From the NCBI GenBank assembly GCA_951406725.2, contig OX597826.1:44020001-44084000 (forward strand): 64,000 bases of DNA, written 5' to 3'. This document shows, one piece after another, positions 1-11,875 of this stretch. The DNA is from Octopus vulgaris (lineage: Eukaryota). Position 1 is the stretch's first letter. Each line of letters opens with the position of its first letter. Below the pieces are notes generated by a model, which searched no databases, was not told the origin of the DNA, and saw nothing but the letters and a program-made list of their open reading frames with translations. A program made the position numbers and the translations under genes.

Positions 1-1870
1 TTAATAAAAACGGATGAAAACATCACTATCATCAGCATAAACCACCTGATAGATGCATGAACCATAATAATAACAAAAGAAAGTGGGTGCTCCCTTAATT
101 TACTCATGCAAGTATTGCGAAAACCCGGAGAAAACAACCAACGTTGAAAACAAACATGGAGATAAAGATAGAAACTAAAGAAAAAATCTTTAAATCTTTA
201 GTGAAATGGATAAAAAAAAAAAGAACGAAAAGGGAAAGAGTGAATGGCTAATGCTACAGAAATATAACAAAATAGTTTTACCTGAAATCAAAGCAGCCCT
301 GAAACAAGAGATCCTCGTTAAATCGTAAAGAATTCGTCGGTATGAAAAGCAACAAAGATCCTTTGAACACAACGAACACCTCGACTCCAACCCCAAATAA
401 TTTTGAAAAGAATTTGGTAAAAAAATAAAATAGAAATCAATATAACAGGAAAAACAAGTGATGTAAAAAGAATGTTGAGTGTGATTACCAAAAATATCGC
501 TACAAATGAGAATGTTGAAAATAACAAGTGCAGCCCCCACACGATAGCAGAAAGCCGTATCATTTCCAAACTAGTTCAAACGCTACAAAATAAAAATATG
601 AGCAACTGGAATGCGCTGCAAACTTCTAGTTGACGTTTTTAACAGGAATATATAAAATTGTGGTAAAATATTTAACGGCCTTTAGAACAATTCAGGAACA
701 ACAGCAGAACGGTTCAAAGAGGGAAATCTGCCTTGATCTTAGTGACTAAAATCAGTGATTCCTCTCCCGCTACATGTCCCAAATGATAATAAATACATAA
801 TCAATCCAGGATACAATTTACGAAAACTTAGCTACTGTAATAAAGTGAGAGATAAATAATTATGCTAGCAAGAAAAAAATGCAAAAAAGCCACAAAGTTC
901 ACAGATCAATCGCATATCAACTGTCATAATAAAACACTATAAAAAGAGAAAGAATATTGCGAACATGACATAGATTGACGAACACACTACCAATTCCCAA
1001 ACAGAGACGATTAAGTCATTGCTGCATATTGATGTCAATCGTAACCAGTAGAGCAAGTATGTCCTAATAGGTGTTGTATTAGTTCTAACACATTGTATGG
1101 TTAAATTATTATGCATCTACCAAAAAAGAAAAAAAAAACGAAAAATGGAGAGACTATTAGGATATAAAGATCTGGAAGTGGAGATAACCAGAAATTAGTA
1201 CCGTAAATCCTCAAGTATAATCCGCATTTTTTCCCCAAAATTTAAAGGTAAAAATCCCTAGTGCGTATTATACACGAGATTAAAAACGAAAAATATTTTC
1301 TAAGCTCGAGTTTCTATTTGCTGTCCGGCAATGTTTATTCAGACGCATTTTGTGATGTCGGGCGTGAAAATACCTTAAGCTAAGCCTGAAAGCAATGAAG
1401 TCATAAAAGAACCATCCATAACTTGCAGTAAACAACAGTTATTAAACGTTATTACTGTTATTACTGTTATTTCTTTATTTTATGCAAACAAAATGCACAA
1501 AAAAGCTATACGTTTGAATTATGTTATATATCCAATAATAATAAAGGACGTTACCGTATACATTTTTACAACCAAGGACGCTATATAGACCTCCTTGACT
1601 CAAGTTAGAGAAGGGGTGCCTTTATACACAAGGTTTTTTTCAGAGGTACAGCCCCCTAAATATCCCCTGCGTATTATACTCAAGTGCGGACTATACTTGA
1701 GTATTTACGGTAATTGAAAATTGAAACAACAGCATTAAGTGTCTAGGAGAAAAGCAAAAGAAGCAGACTCAACTCATGACCCAGATAACAAGACTTATTA
1801 TTCATATATATGTAACGTATAATCCAGACTCGTGAAACCTAAGAGATCTGAGTAAGGCCTTGTATTATCA
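1..1870 (+). mobile_element. Highly degenerate, internally deleted R4/Dong-like non-LTR retrotransposon, interrupted by a MITE at 1201-1710
   Basis: 299-417 translates LKQEILVKS*RIRRYEKQQRSFEHNEHLDSNPK*F*KEF (R4-type N-terminal motif); DQ..IN and NMT*ID (MAWIDY-like) at ~900-980; YKDLEVEITR at ~1163-1192, as in the C-terminus of the 14439 element; many stops and frameshifts. Confidence 0.6.
1201..1710. mobile_element. Tc2/pogo-like MITE (510 bp) with 26-bp TIRs and TA target duplication
   Basis: Left ccgtaaatcctcaagtataatccgca vs reverse complement of right end ccgtaaatactcaagtatagtccgca (2 mismatches); TA at 1199-1200 and 1711-1712; subterminal gcgtattatac-type repeats at ~1263, ~1617 and ~1669. 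Confidence 0.88.
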
Positions 1871-1899
1871 AAATAAGTATGCATTCTGCATAAATGCGA

Positions 1900-3700
1900 A
1901 TTGATTTGCCATTTGAATTATAGATTTCTTAGAATCATACGTCACTAGTAACTTGAGGTACTAGTCTAAAAGCACTGTCTTCTCAGTTGTTCTACATTGT
2001 TTGATGAATATCAGATCTATACTAGCCTTCTATGGCTATTACATATATATGAAAAATTTGATGGCAATCACGCATATATCAAAGGTTTGTTCGGTATCAT
2101 GTCTCTATGAAGTGATCTCGAAGTTGTTAAGCGAATAAGCGTCCTTCCAAGCCACCGCATGTCATATATATTTATACAACTAAACATTTTGGCAAATCTC
2201 TTTGGCGGAAACATGAGAAATATAACTTACCTTTGAACAACCGTTACTGGATAATATAGTTTCTTATTTGCACTTCTTGAAAGCCATTTCCATAAAATCA
2301 TTTTGCATACTATTGTATATCACGTGTGATTTTTTTAGTGGGATTCCTGTAAACTTCTGATATGACTCCAATCAGTTTAGGATGAAGTCCTCAAATTCTG
2401 CAACCTTTCGTTAGCATTTTCATATTGTGTCTTATGTTACGCTATCCGAATTACCTACAGTAATGTTAAGGAAGGCAGGTTGATTGGCTCTTTGGCTGCT
2501 TCTACCGTCGACTTTATTGCTGTTGCTGTTGATGTAGTTCTGATTCTTGCTTTTACTGTTTAATCTGTACTTGCTATTGCAATCCGTGCGCTTTTTCTGT
2601 TTAATTTAGCTGTTATTTTTCTAGTGCTAGGTTATTAGATACCATTTTCTACTCTAAGCACAAGGCCGGAAAGTTTTGGGGAGGGCCAAAATAGATTGAC
2701 CCTAGTACGCAACTGGTACTTAATTTATCGACCCCGATAGGATGAAAGGCAAACTCGACCTCGTCGGAATTTGACCTCAGAACATAAAAACAAACGAAAT
2801 AATGCTAAGCATTTCACCCGGCGTGCTAACGTTTCTGCCAGCTCAACGCCTTTGTAATGGATATGTTGACAGTAGTAGTTGGTATCATTTAACAGGTTGC
2901 TTTGGTTCTCATAAATATTTCAGCCTTTCCTAAATGGATGGTCCACAATGATTGATTCGCCCTCTTAGCTCTAAAGATGAGATTTTGCCATAGTGTTGTT
3001 TCTTCACCCTTCTCTGCAGATGTTTGTCTGTGTGTGTGTGCGTTTTGTATTTGAATCGTATATTAGGGTAAGTTATTCCTGTATTCCATTGTTGGTAATC
3101 CCTTCAGCTGATATATTTCGGGATTTTTCTTGAGAAATCTGCTACTGGTATTTATCTATTTTTTTGTGGTTGTGGTGTTGGCAGCAGTTTCGATTTTTCC
3201 TTTCTTTAATTTCAACTAAGGGCAGAACGACCTTAAATGGTTGGTGCTGCCACATGTGTGACATCCGGTCTTTAGCACGCTACCATGACGAGCACTTTGA
3301 CCTCTGTTTGTTGGCATATTATCCGAATTTGTTTTCTTGCCTAGATCAGAACATCTAGGCCGATGCCCACCTTCAATTCTCTTGGTGGAGGCTCTTTATA
3401 TAAAAATGAGTGTCCTGTTAATTCAGTAGAGCAGCTTCTACAAGCCGATGTTTATTTTCTGTGACTGACCCTGCACCTAAGCTTCACTACTTGTGATCCC
3501 CGAAGGAATCTCACACCAACGTTTTCATATCTTCTGATGCATGTGATTAATTTCATTTCCTTCTCTGGGTCAGCACCCCCTTTTCCACGGTGCTTCTACT
3601 CGCCACGTCCTTGTACACGTATGAAAAAATTATCCTACTTTTAGACACTAAGCATGATTTTCGGAAAATCCTTTCTTCCCCTTTTCTAAACGAACTTCCT
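1900..3700 (-). mobile_element. Possible very old R4-like LINE remnant (N-terminal/RT region), split by a SINE
   Basis: Only faint minus-strand resemblance to KSPG..FW and IDYxKAFD motifs at ~2070-2340; no intact frame. Confidence 0.3.
2645..2852 (-). mobile_element. SINE family A (tRNA-derived, ~210 bp)
   Basis: Minus strand aaggcgttgagctggcagaaacgttagcacgccggg...gaggtcaaattcc (A/B-box-like), with body gagtttgcctttcatcctatcggggtcgataaattaagtaccag shared with >15 copies in the window. Confidence 0.88.
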
Positions 3701-3871
3701 TGCTTGAAAAGGCTTGTTGATTACATCCACTCCAGTGCTCAACTGTTACTTGTTTTAACTTGCCCGAAAAGATGAAAGACAAAGTCGGGTTTAAAGGAAT
3801 TTGAATTCAGAATTTTAAAACTTGGGATATGTACTGCACCGTAACTTGTCACGACCAGAACAACAGTAACA

Positions 3872-4017
3872 CCCTCCTCCCCTTCGTCATCGTCATCGTT
3901 CTTCTCCTCTCCCTCCTGCTGTAACCCCTGCTCCTTCCTCGTCATCGTCGTCATCCCTCTCCTGCTGCTTCTCTTTCTCCTTCTCCTCCTGCCCCTGCCC
4001 CTCGTCATCATCATCAA
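3872..4017. repeat. (TCC)/(TCR)n low-complexity trinucleotide tract
   Basis: Directly visible. Confidence 0.8.
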
Positions 4018-6120
4018 CGAGAACAATACTAAAGATTCCTTTCATTACCACAGGACTACATGATTCCATGCAGTTTGAATAGTCGATTATGTCGCCTCGT
4101 TGCATTACAGATACTCACTTTATCGACTTTAGAGATGTTAAAAGAAAAAAAGCTGACACCAACAAGATTTCAAATCAGAGCGTTTAACAAAAAAAAATAG
4201 CGTAACTCAACACCACAAGACATTTTACTTCACGTTTTGCATATGTGTTCGTTTATATAATTTTAAAGTAAAACTTTGCGTGTTAAAGACGATGTGTACT
4301 GCACATGACAATGCAAATTTTCTTGCTGTTTCTTTTTTATATTTTTGGCATGTTGTACAGTTGGAGCAATTCATGTGCCTCGTCAATTTACAAGCTAAAA
4401 AGCAATTGTTCGACTTTTCCTGCTCATATTTTTGGTTATGTTATTTTAAAATCTTTATATTCAGAAAAATTCTGTGCGTGGATTGATTGTCTGTCAGCAG
4501 GCAATTATCGTAACCGGGGTCCTTAAACAATGTTATCTTGAAGGTATTTCTCACTCTCAAACCCCCCTCTTACACTCTCTCTCTTAATCTCTCTTACACT
4601 CCCTTGCTCGGCTGCTCTCCTTTTCTATCTCTCTCTTTCACTACATACAAACAGGCTATTCATTTGTGAAGTGGCCATATGTAAAGACACGTGGTAATAT
4701 TTTAGCTTTAGATTCGTTTATGAAATTTTATTTTTAACTTGTAATATGTTATATTTCTTTATCACTTGAGCTCTGAATTTCTAAACTCGCTCGCTTACGC
4801 ATTCATTTAATCATTCATTTGTTCGTTTGTTTGTTCATTTTTGTATTGCTATCTGTGTATATAATATATATATATGTATTTATGTAAAAATATGTGTGTG
4901 TTTATATATGCGTGTGTTTGTATGTTATATTATATACTGTATTTATACTGCATACGTGTATTTTTTTCTCTTATCCGATTGTATGCACGACCCCCACACT
5001 TTCTATAAAATTTCTCTGTAATGGCCCCTTCATCTGACGCCCTTTGTGGCAAATTAAAGAAACCATCCCCCATCTTCCCCACCTCCACCTCATCCTCATC
5101 ATCATTATCATTGCTGTTGTTTTTGTCATTGTAATCGTTGTTGCCGATAAAATTCTTGATGTCATTGTTAGTGATGTATTTTGAGAAGAGCAGGCGTGTT
5201 CATACACAGCTGTATTTGTATTCAATGATAAATATTGTGTTATTCGATTCTCTGACTTTGGAACATTTAAGTATTCACCCTTTTCACCTTGGGATAGAAA
5301 AATATGGTTTTCCATTCGATATTTTGTTTTATTTTGGAAACATAAGCTTACATGCTTACCACCATACTTTCTTCGTTTAGCTTACGTACCTCCAGCAAAT
5401 TTGAACATTTCTTTTAAAAATATTTTTAAACACGATCGTGAATTACAAAGAGTTGCTAACAGAAAAGGAAGCTAAATATAATACTGAAACAAATACAAAT
5501 TTTTGCACTACACAGCAGAAAAAATAACAGTTTTAAAAAACAGAAATGAACAACAAACACTGTAACAAAGTCAGTAATCTTCTGGTTTAGTTTTCTGCAA
5601 AAAAAAAAAACAAAAAAAAAAACGGAAAAGAAAAAGACATCCGAGTTCAGACGGACTCTGAGAGAAGAAGAAAAAAATAAAAAATGAGATGTGGGACAGA
5701 TATGTCATGAATTTTCTGCTTCTTGGATTAACAATTTATTCGAAGGGAAATGCGAGATATAAAGTGACATGCAGCTGATTATTAGATAATGCTAAGGTCT
5801 TTAACATGTCCCCCAAAAGAGCAGTTCATAGTAGCCCTGGCTGACACATGGGATATTATGGGTGGTTTCATAACTGGCAGCGTAGCATATGAATGATTAG
5901 GTTTGGTTAACAAAACTGTAGACAAGGAGAGGCGACAGAAGGAGTTGGTGGTTAACACAGGCACTCAAAGACTCGTGACGTAATATGTGGGTCGACATAT
6001 ATACTCAACATAAAAATCACAGCCAGAATTATTGGCAGTGATACTTATAAACAGCTCTTCGCTACTTTGGTGGCGAATCACTTGTTGGTTGTGAGTTACG
6101 AGTTGATCAATAACGACAAG

Positions 6121-6408
6121 GACATTATTTACATTATTTACATTTGAAGGATATTTGTCTTCATCTTATTTGTTGTTAGCACAACGTTTCGGTTGATATA
6201 CCCTGCAACCTACATCAGGTGTCTTGGGGATATTTCGAACTTGGAATGAGAACTCAGGTTCAAAATTTCCCCAAGATACCTGAAGATTGCTGGAGGGTAT
6301 ATCATCTGAAACGTTGTGTTAATAACAAATCAGATGAGGACAAATATCCGTCAAATGTAAATAATGTAAATAAGGTACATAATTCCTCATCTCTTAAATA
6401 CAGAACTG
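6121..6408. mobile_element. Penelope-like non-autonomous fold-back element with hammerhead motifs, ~30-nt unpaired 3' tail and 9-bp TSD
   Basis: Arms ~6121-6244 and ~6254-6378 are inverted copies; tail 6379-6408; aacgacaag at 6112-6120 and 6409-6417. Confidence 0.8.
6274..6320 (+). ncRNA. Type I hammerhead ribozyme-like motif; inverted mirror copy at ~6179-6224 on - strand
   Basis: agatac-CTGAAGA-ttgctg-gagggtatat-catct-GAAAC-GTT-gtgtt; mirror copy gacac-CTGATGT-aGGTTG-cagggtatat-CAACC-GAAAC-GTT-gtg; palindromic AACGTT stem III; each copy has substitutions. Confidence 0.65.
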
Positions 6409-6840
6409 AACGACAAGTAATCAAGTGAATTCTGCATGGACATACTGACCCTGACGACCACCGATGATCACATTACTATTTGTTGCTTAATTATGAGTGC
6501 AGAAGGAAAGTGATATGACCAGGCTATACTGAAAAGTTGGAAAAGCAGTAGCAACAATAGCAACGATGCAAAAATTGGTGTTTCCAGAGAAGCATCAGAA
6601 GTTGGAAGGCAATCTGTTGTTGACGGCTAATCGGAAGAAAGTGCGCAAAAAAAAAATGAAGAAAGCAAATCAAAGACGTACAGTGAAGCGGTTATTTTCT
6701 CGTAGTGCATCCATTACAAACGATTAGGAATAAACAGGATTCCCACCAGAAAAAGTATACAAATTCATTGAACAGTTTTTATCCAACAATAGTTTCTCAC
6801 TCATGTTTGGGTAGGTTATTTCAATTCGGTTTTGCACAAT

Positions 6841-7254
6841 ACTCTTTCTTTTACTCTTTTACTTGTGTCAGTCAATAGACTGTGGCCATGCTGGATCACC
6901 GCCTTTAGTCGAGCAAATCGATCCCAGGACTTATTCTTTGTAAGCCTAGTACTTATTCTATCGGTCTCTTTTGCCGAACCGCTCAGCTACGGGGACGTAA
7001 ACACACCACTATCGGTTGTCAAGTGATGTTGGGTAGGGGGAGACAAACACAAATACATGAACACACACACACACACATAAATATACATATATACGATAGG
7101 CTTCTTTCAGTTTCCGCCTACCAAATCCACTCACAAGGCTTTGGTCGGCCCGAGGCTATAGTAGAAGGTACATGCCCAAGCTGCCATGCAGTGGGACTGA
7201 ACCCGGAACCATGTGGTTGGTAAGCTAGCTACATACCACACAGCCACTCCTGCC
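6841..7254 (-). mobile_element. SINE family B (tRNA-like head, CORE-like segment, internal TG/TA microsatellite), near full length
   Basis: Minus strand ggcaggagtggctgtgtggt...ggttccgggttcagtcccactgcatggcagcttgggca...ccagcatggccacagtc...gtaaaagagtaaaaga; co-linear with 38405 and 58384 copies. Confidence 0.9.
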
Positions 7255-8102
7255 TCTAACAGAAATTTGTTTTTATAATTTGCATATTTCTATATAATTT
7301 TCTAATTTAGAAACATATCGAACATTTAGCCTCAAAGTGTTCATTGAATAACGTGCATAACCCTCTTTTTGTGTTTATGTAATTTTATTCTGTCCCTCCT
7401 ATATCGTTGCAAATTTTATTTGTATGTACATACGTTAAACCAATGAATAAATAAATACATAAATAAATAAATAATGATAATAATCATACTGATAATAATA
7501 ATAATGTTGATCCACTAACCCTTGATGATCCACTGATTCCTAATGTAGCATAAAACCACAAGGTTTTCGCAAAATCCATAATAGACCCATTGGCCTACTA
7601 ATCTCAAATGGTCTGCTACTCACTAATAGTCTGTTAAGCTCTAATGGTTGCTAGACCAGCGCAAAAGGAAAATCATTTCGAAAATGACGAACTGGAGAAA
7701 TTATTAATATCAAAACGAAAAGAAATAATTAATAGTTTGTTAGTAATTTATTTTCATTTCATTCTTGTAGTAACAGTAAAATTAATAGAAAATATTTCAA
7801 TTTACTTTCTTATTAGAAATTTACATATTTTGGTTTAAAACTTGAATTTAAAATAATCATTTCTTTAAATATATTATCAAACAAAAGTGAATTCTATAAT
7901 TTTAATTGCATATTTAGGACATAAGTTGTTTTTCCTTTGTTTAAGAAGTTAATTGAATTCATGATTGTTCGATTATATTATTTAGTTTTAAATATGTACA
8001 GGTTAAACGGGAAGCTTAACTCATTTTGCTTCTAACAAATTCAACAATGTTCTGTTATTATCTTATTTTATTTTCTGCACTTTTTTTCCATTTTATTGGT
8101 CT

Positions 8103-8247
8103 TGCAGAACAGGCAGAACCATTACCGCGTCAAGGAAAATACTTAGCGGCATTCATTTCAGCTCTTTATGTTCTGAGTTCAAATTCCACTGTTGAAATCG
8201 ACTTTCCCCTACCCCAAATGTCTGGCATTGAGCCTATTGTAGAAAAG

Positions 8248-8281
<34 letters not shown>

Positions 8282-8470
8282 GTGTTGTTGTTGTTGTTAT
8301 TATTATTATTACGACGGTGGGCTGACAGAATGGTTATCAGGCTGGACGAAATACTTAGCGTTAGGTACTTCGTTCGTCGATACGTTCTGAGTTCAAATTC
8401 CACTCTTGAAATCGACTCTCCCCTACCCCAAATGTCTAGCATTGAGCCTATAGTAGAAAAATTATTATTA

Positions 8471-8507
<37 letters not shown>

Positions 8508-8536
8508 CATCATCATCATTATTATTATTATTATTA

Positions 8537-8628
<92 letters not shown>

Positions 8629-8852
8629 ATTATTAAGGCGGTGGGCTGGCAGAATGGTTCGCAGGCTGGACGAAATACTTAGCTTTGGGTACTTCGTCCG
8701 TCGATACATTCTGAGTTCAAATTCTGCCAAGGACGATTTTGACTTTCATAATTTCGGAGTCGATACATTAAGTACCAGTGAAACACTAGGGACACTGTGA
8801 TTGACTAGTCTTCTGTCACCAAAAATGAGGCCTTGTGCCTCCAGTAGAAAGG
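8103..8852 (+). mobile_element. Three tandem SINE A copies (8103-8250, 8311-8460, 8635-8852) separated by (TTA)/(TTG) tracts
   Basis: Each has a g(g/a)cagaa...gaaatacttagc...ttctgagttcaaatt head and a gtagaaa end; copies 1 and 2 share one internal deletion. Confidence 0.85.
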
Positions 8853-8884
8853 ATTATTATTATTATTATCATTATTATTATTAT

Positions 8885-9430
8885 TGAGTGAAAGATCAGA
8901 ACATGCCATCAAAGTGACACTGGGGTAAGATATACAAAGCCCAATATACCCCATCATGACTACCCGTCTGATAAGGGTACACCAGACATATGCATCACAA
9001 CTATATGTACGCGATATGGTGATCTCATATCAAGATAAAGAGCACATGAACTTACAGGTGGGGCCAGTTAGAATTTTCGTCAGGTCGAGTAGCCCATGCT
9101 GGTCAAAAGGTCCCTAAATAAGGGTTGTTTAAGTTTGTTGAACGAAGCACTCATATTTTCAAAGGTGAATTATACAAACTCCAAAGAATTTCTCGCAACA
9201 CACGGCTATGATGCACTCCCACTACTTCTACTCGAAATTAGAGATGCACATATCGTCAGCTATCAACTGGTTATGGTCAAACAGCTGACAAGAAAGTCTG
9301 TGGTACTGATCAGAATATTTGCTGTAGCCCATCTTTTTTATACCAAGACAAAACAATGTACATGATAACACTTCCAATCAGTTAAGATCAGAAGCCACGA
9401 AAGCCACTGCCTGGTACTACATCCGGGCAA
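8885..9430 (-). mobile_element. ~550-bp non-coding interspersed repeat (family C), flanked on both sides by (TTA)n-type tracts
   Basis: Reverse-complement homolog of 51771-52327 over its full length; partial copy at 25083-25250. Confidence 0.88.
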
Positions 9431-9451
9431 TTGTTGTTATTATTATTATTA

Positions 9452-9527
<76 letters not shown>

Positions 9528-9554
9528 TCATCATCATCATCATCATCATCATTA

Positions 9555-9623
<69 letters not shown>
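9431..9623. repeat. (TTA)n/(TCA)n microsatellite
   Basis: Directly visible. Confidence 0.95.
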
Positions 9624-9625
<2 letters not shown>

Positions 9626-9830
9626 GACGGCGAACTGGCAGAATCGTTAGAACACTGGATGAAATGCTTAGCGGTATTTTGTCTGCCGCTACGTTCAAAT
9701 TCTGCAGAGGTCTACTTTTCTTTTCATCTTTTGGGTTTCGATAAATTAAGAACCAGCTGCATACTTGAGTTGATGTAATCAACCAGTTCCCTATCCCCAA
9801 ATTTGAGGCCTTGTGCCTCCAGTAGAAAGG
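9624..9830 (+). mobile_element. SINE family A
   Basis: aagacggcgaactggcagaatcgttag...gaggccttgtgcctccagtagaaagg followed by (ATT)n. Confidence 0.88.
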
Positions 9831-10922
9831 ATTATTATTATTGCCTTTGCACAACTTCTAACGCTGGAGTTGATTTGAAAAAGTGCTGTGTGTCGCTCTG
9901 TGGTTCTTGTCTTTTTATAAAGAATAACTGAAGAAATAAGCATTATATGTCTATCTAATACTTGAAAGCGTACCCGTCTGGAACGAATACGTGTATGTCG
10001 ATCTTTCGAAGGAGTGAAAAATTTTCCTCCTTGGCAGTAATGTTTTAACATTATTTATTTGTATTTATATTCAGTTTACAATGTTTACAATTGAGCAGAC
10101 ACGCCACGTACAACAAAAAAATTAATTTGTATACAATAGCACAGAAAGTTAACAATAAAGAACATTTATAAGGAACGCTAATTTAATCACATAGTAAAAT
10201 GTAAATATATTACAAAGAGAATAAGTAATAAATAAGTTTGGTATAAAATACAAACATTGATGTAGACACTGATAATGAGTTAGCAAATAAACAATAACAA
10301 TATATGCAAGCAACGTTTTCCTCTACCCTTCGGCAATGGTTTGTACAACGCATATGCATTTGGCAAAGCAAAGAAAAAATGGTAGATTCGAATTGAGGGC
10401 AAAGGAAAGTAGTTCTCGCCTTCCTTCTTTCGTTGGAACTTTCCCAGTCAGACGGGTTCTAGATATAGATTATCTGGCGCAGAAAAGATTTACCTCATCT
10501 CCTTACTTAACAGTGTCTTCGAAATGAAAATTACTTACCTCTGCAACCTGCAAGATACATATACCTTTCTTATTCTTCCGAGACAACAGTTGCAGTGCCA
10601 TAGTCGGCATATGGAATAACATAAAGTCATGCTAGTTGAAGGAAAGGACACAGAATTATGCGTAATATTCAGAAGGAAGAACCGGGGACTGTTGAGTTTG
10701 TACCAAAATACATAAGATAGAGAAAAACAAGGGTTACGGTTAAAGATTTTGGAAACGGCATCGGTACTTGACAGGTAGTCACACTTATGATACAGTACAA
10801 ATTGGAAGTGCCTAGATATTATACAGACACACTTACACACACTCACGCATGAACCCGGTCAAACACACTCACATACACACACATTCACACATACACACAT
10901 TCACACATACTCACAAAAATGT

Positions 10923-11167
10923 AGAACACTGAAAATAAGAAAATGCAGAATTTTCACAGATGATTTATAATTTGATTGTTCTTTACAGCTGCTGTAATAA
11001 ATTGTATAATTGTGTAATTAACACACGCAATTAATTAATTTAAATGTAAAGGGATATCAGTTCTATCAGGAGAAAAGTTGAAACAGCTGTAGAGAATAAT
11101 TCAATTACAAATCAGCCGTGAAATTTCTACTTTTCAGCCATTTTTACTATTTTCAATATACTGTTCT
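10923..11167. mobile_element. Degenerate fold-back element with hammerhead remnants
   Basis: Arms ~10923-10991 and ~11084-11167 inverted; + strand GAAAC-AGCT-GTA-gag at 11080-11094; - strand ctc-CTGATAG at 11063-11072. Confidence 0.55.
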
Positions 11168-11817
11168 CAGCTATCGTTTTCTCTGATTATTTAAATACAT
11201 GCTAATGTATTCGACAATCATCAGTTGTATTGTAATAATGTATTGATGCGTTAGTAAGTAGCCTCATAAATACCGTGGATGAATTGTTTAGTATATGGAA
11301 ACGTGCACATACTCATATATACAAGCACATATACAGACACATGCACACACAAACACACACGCACACGCACGCACACACAGACAGATACACACACACACAC
11401 ACAAAGCACACAATTATACCAGTCCTATGGAGACCTGAAGAGGATAGAGCAATTGTGGAACCAATGTTCTATCATAGGTGCTGCAACAAAATGCAAGAGA
11501 TTAGGGTTCCAGAGTAAAAGCCAGCTGCTATGTTTCTGACAGTAAAAGTCATGCGATTCTTTCTACTCTTGGGAACAGGAAAGGCAGAAGAACAAGAGTG
11601 AGTGCGATAGAGAGCATCAAAGGGAGAAAAATCCTAATAAGTTACTGTACCAAAAGCATTGCCAGTTGCTCCTCAGGTTACAGCTCCGAGGATGGCAAGC
11701 AGACCCACGTCGTCTCCTCTCCCCCCTCTCTCTCTTTCTCTGTGTCTTGTCCTTCAGTTTGTCAGTCTATCTGTCTGTTTTTCAGCCTGTCTGTCTGTCT
11801 GTCTGTCTGTCTATCTG

Positions 11818-11866
<49 letters not shown>

Positions 11867-11875
11867 TTGTGTATA

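Noticed and set aside
5700-6720. Moderately GC-rich sequence flanking the 6121 insertion
   Set aside because: Probably a decayed TE, but not classifiable by eye
10320-10830. Non-repetitive stretch that might be an L1/Tx1 remnant or an exon
   Set aside because: No motif or splice structure I could support
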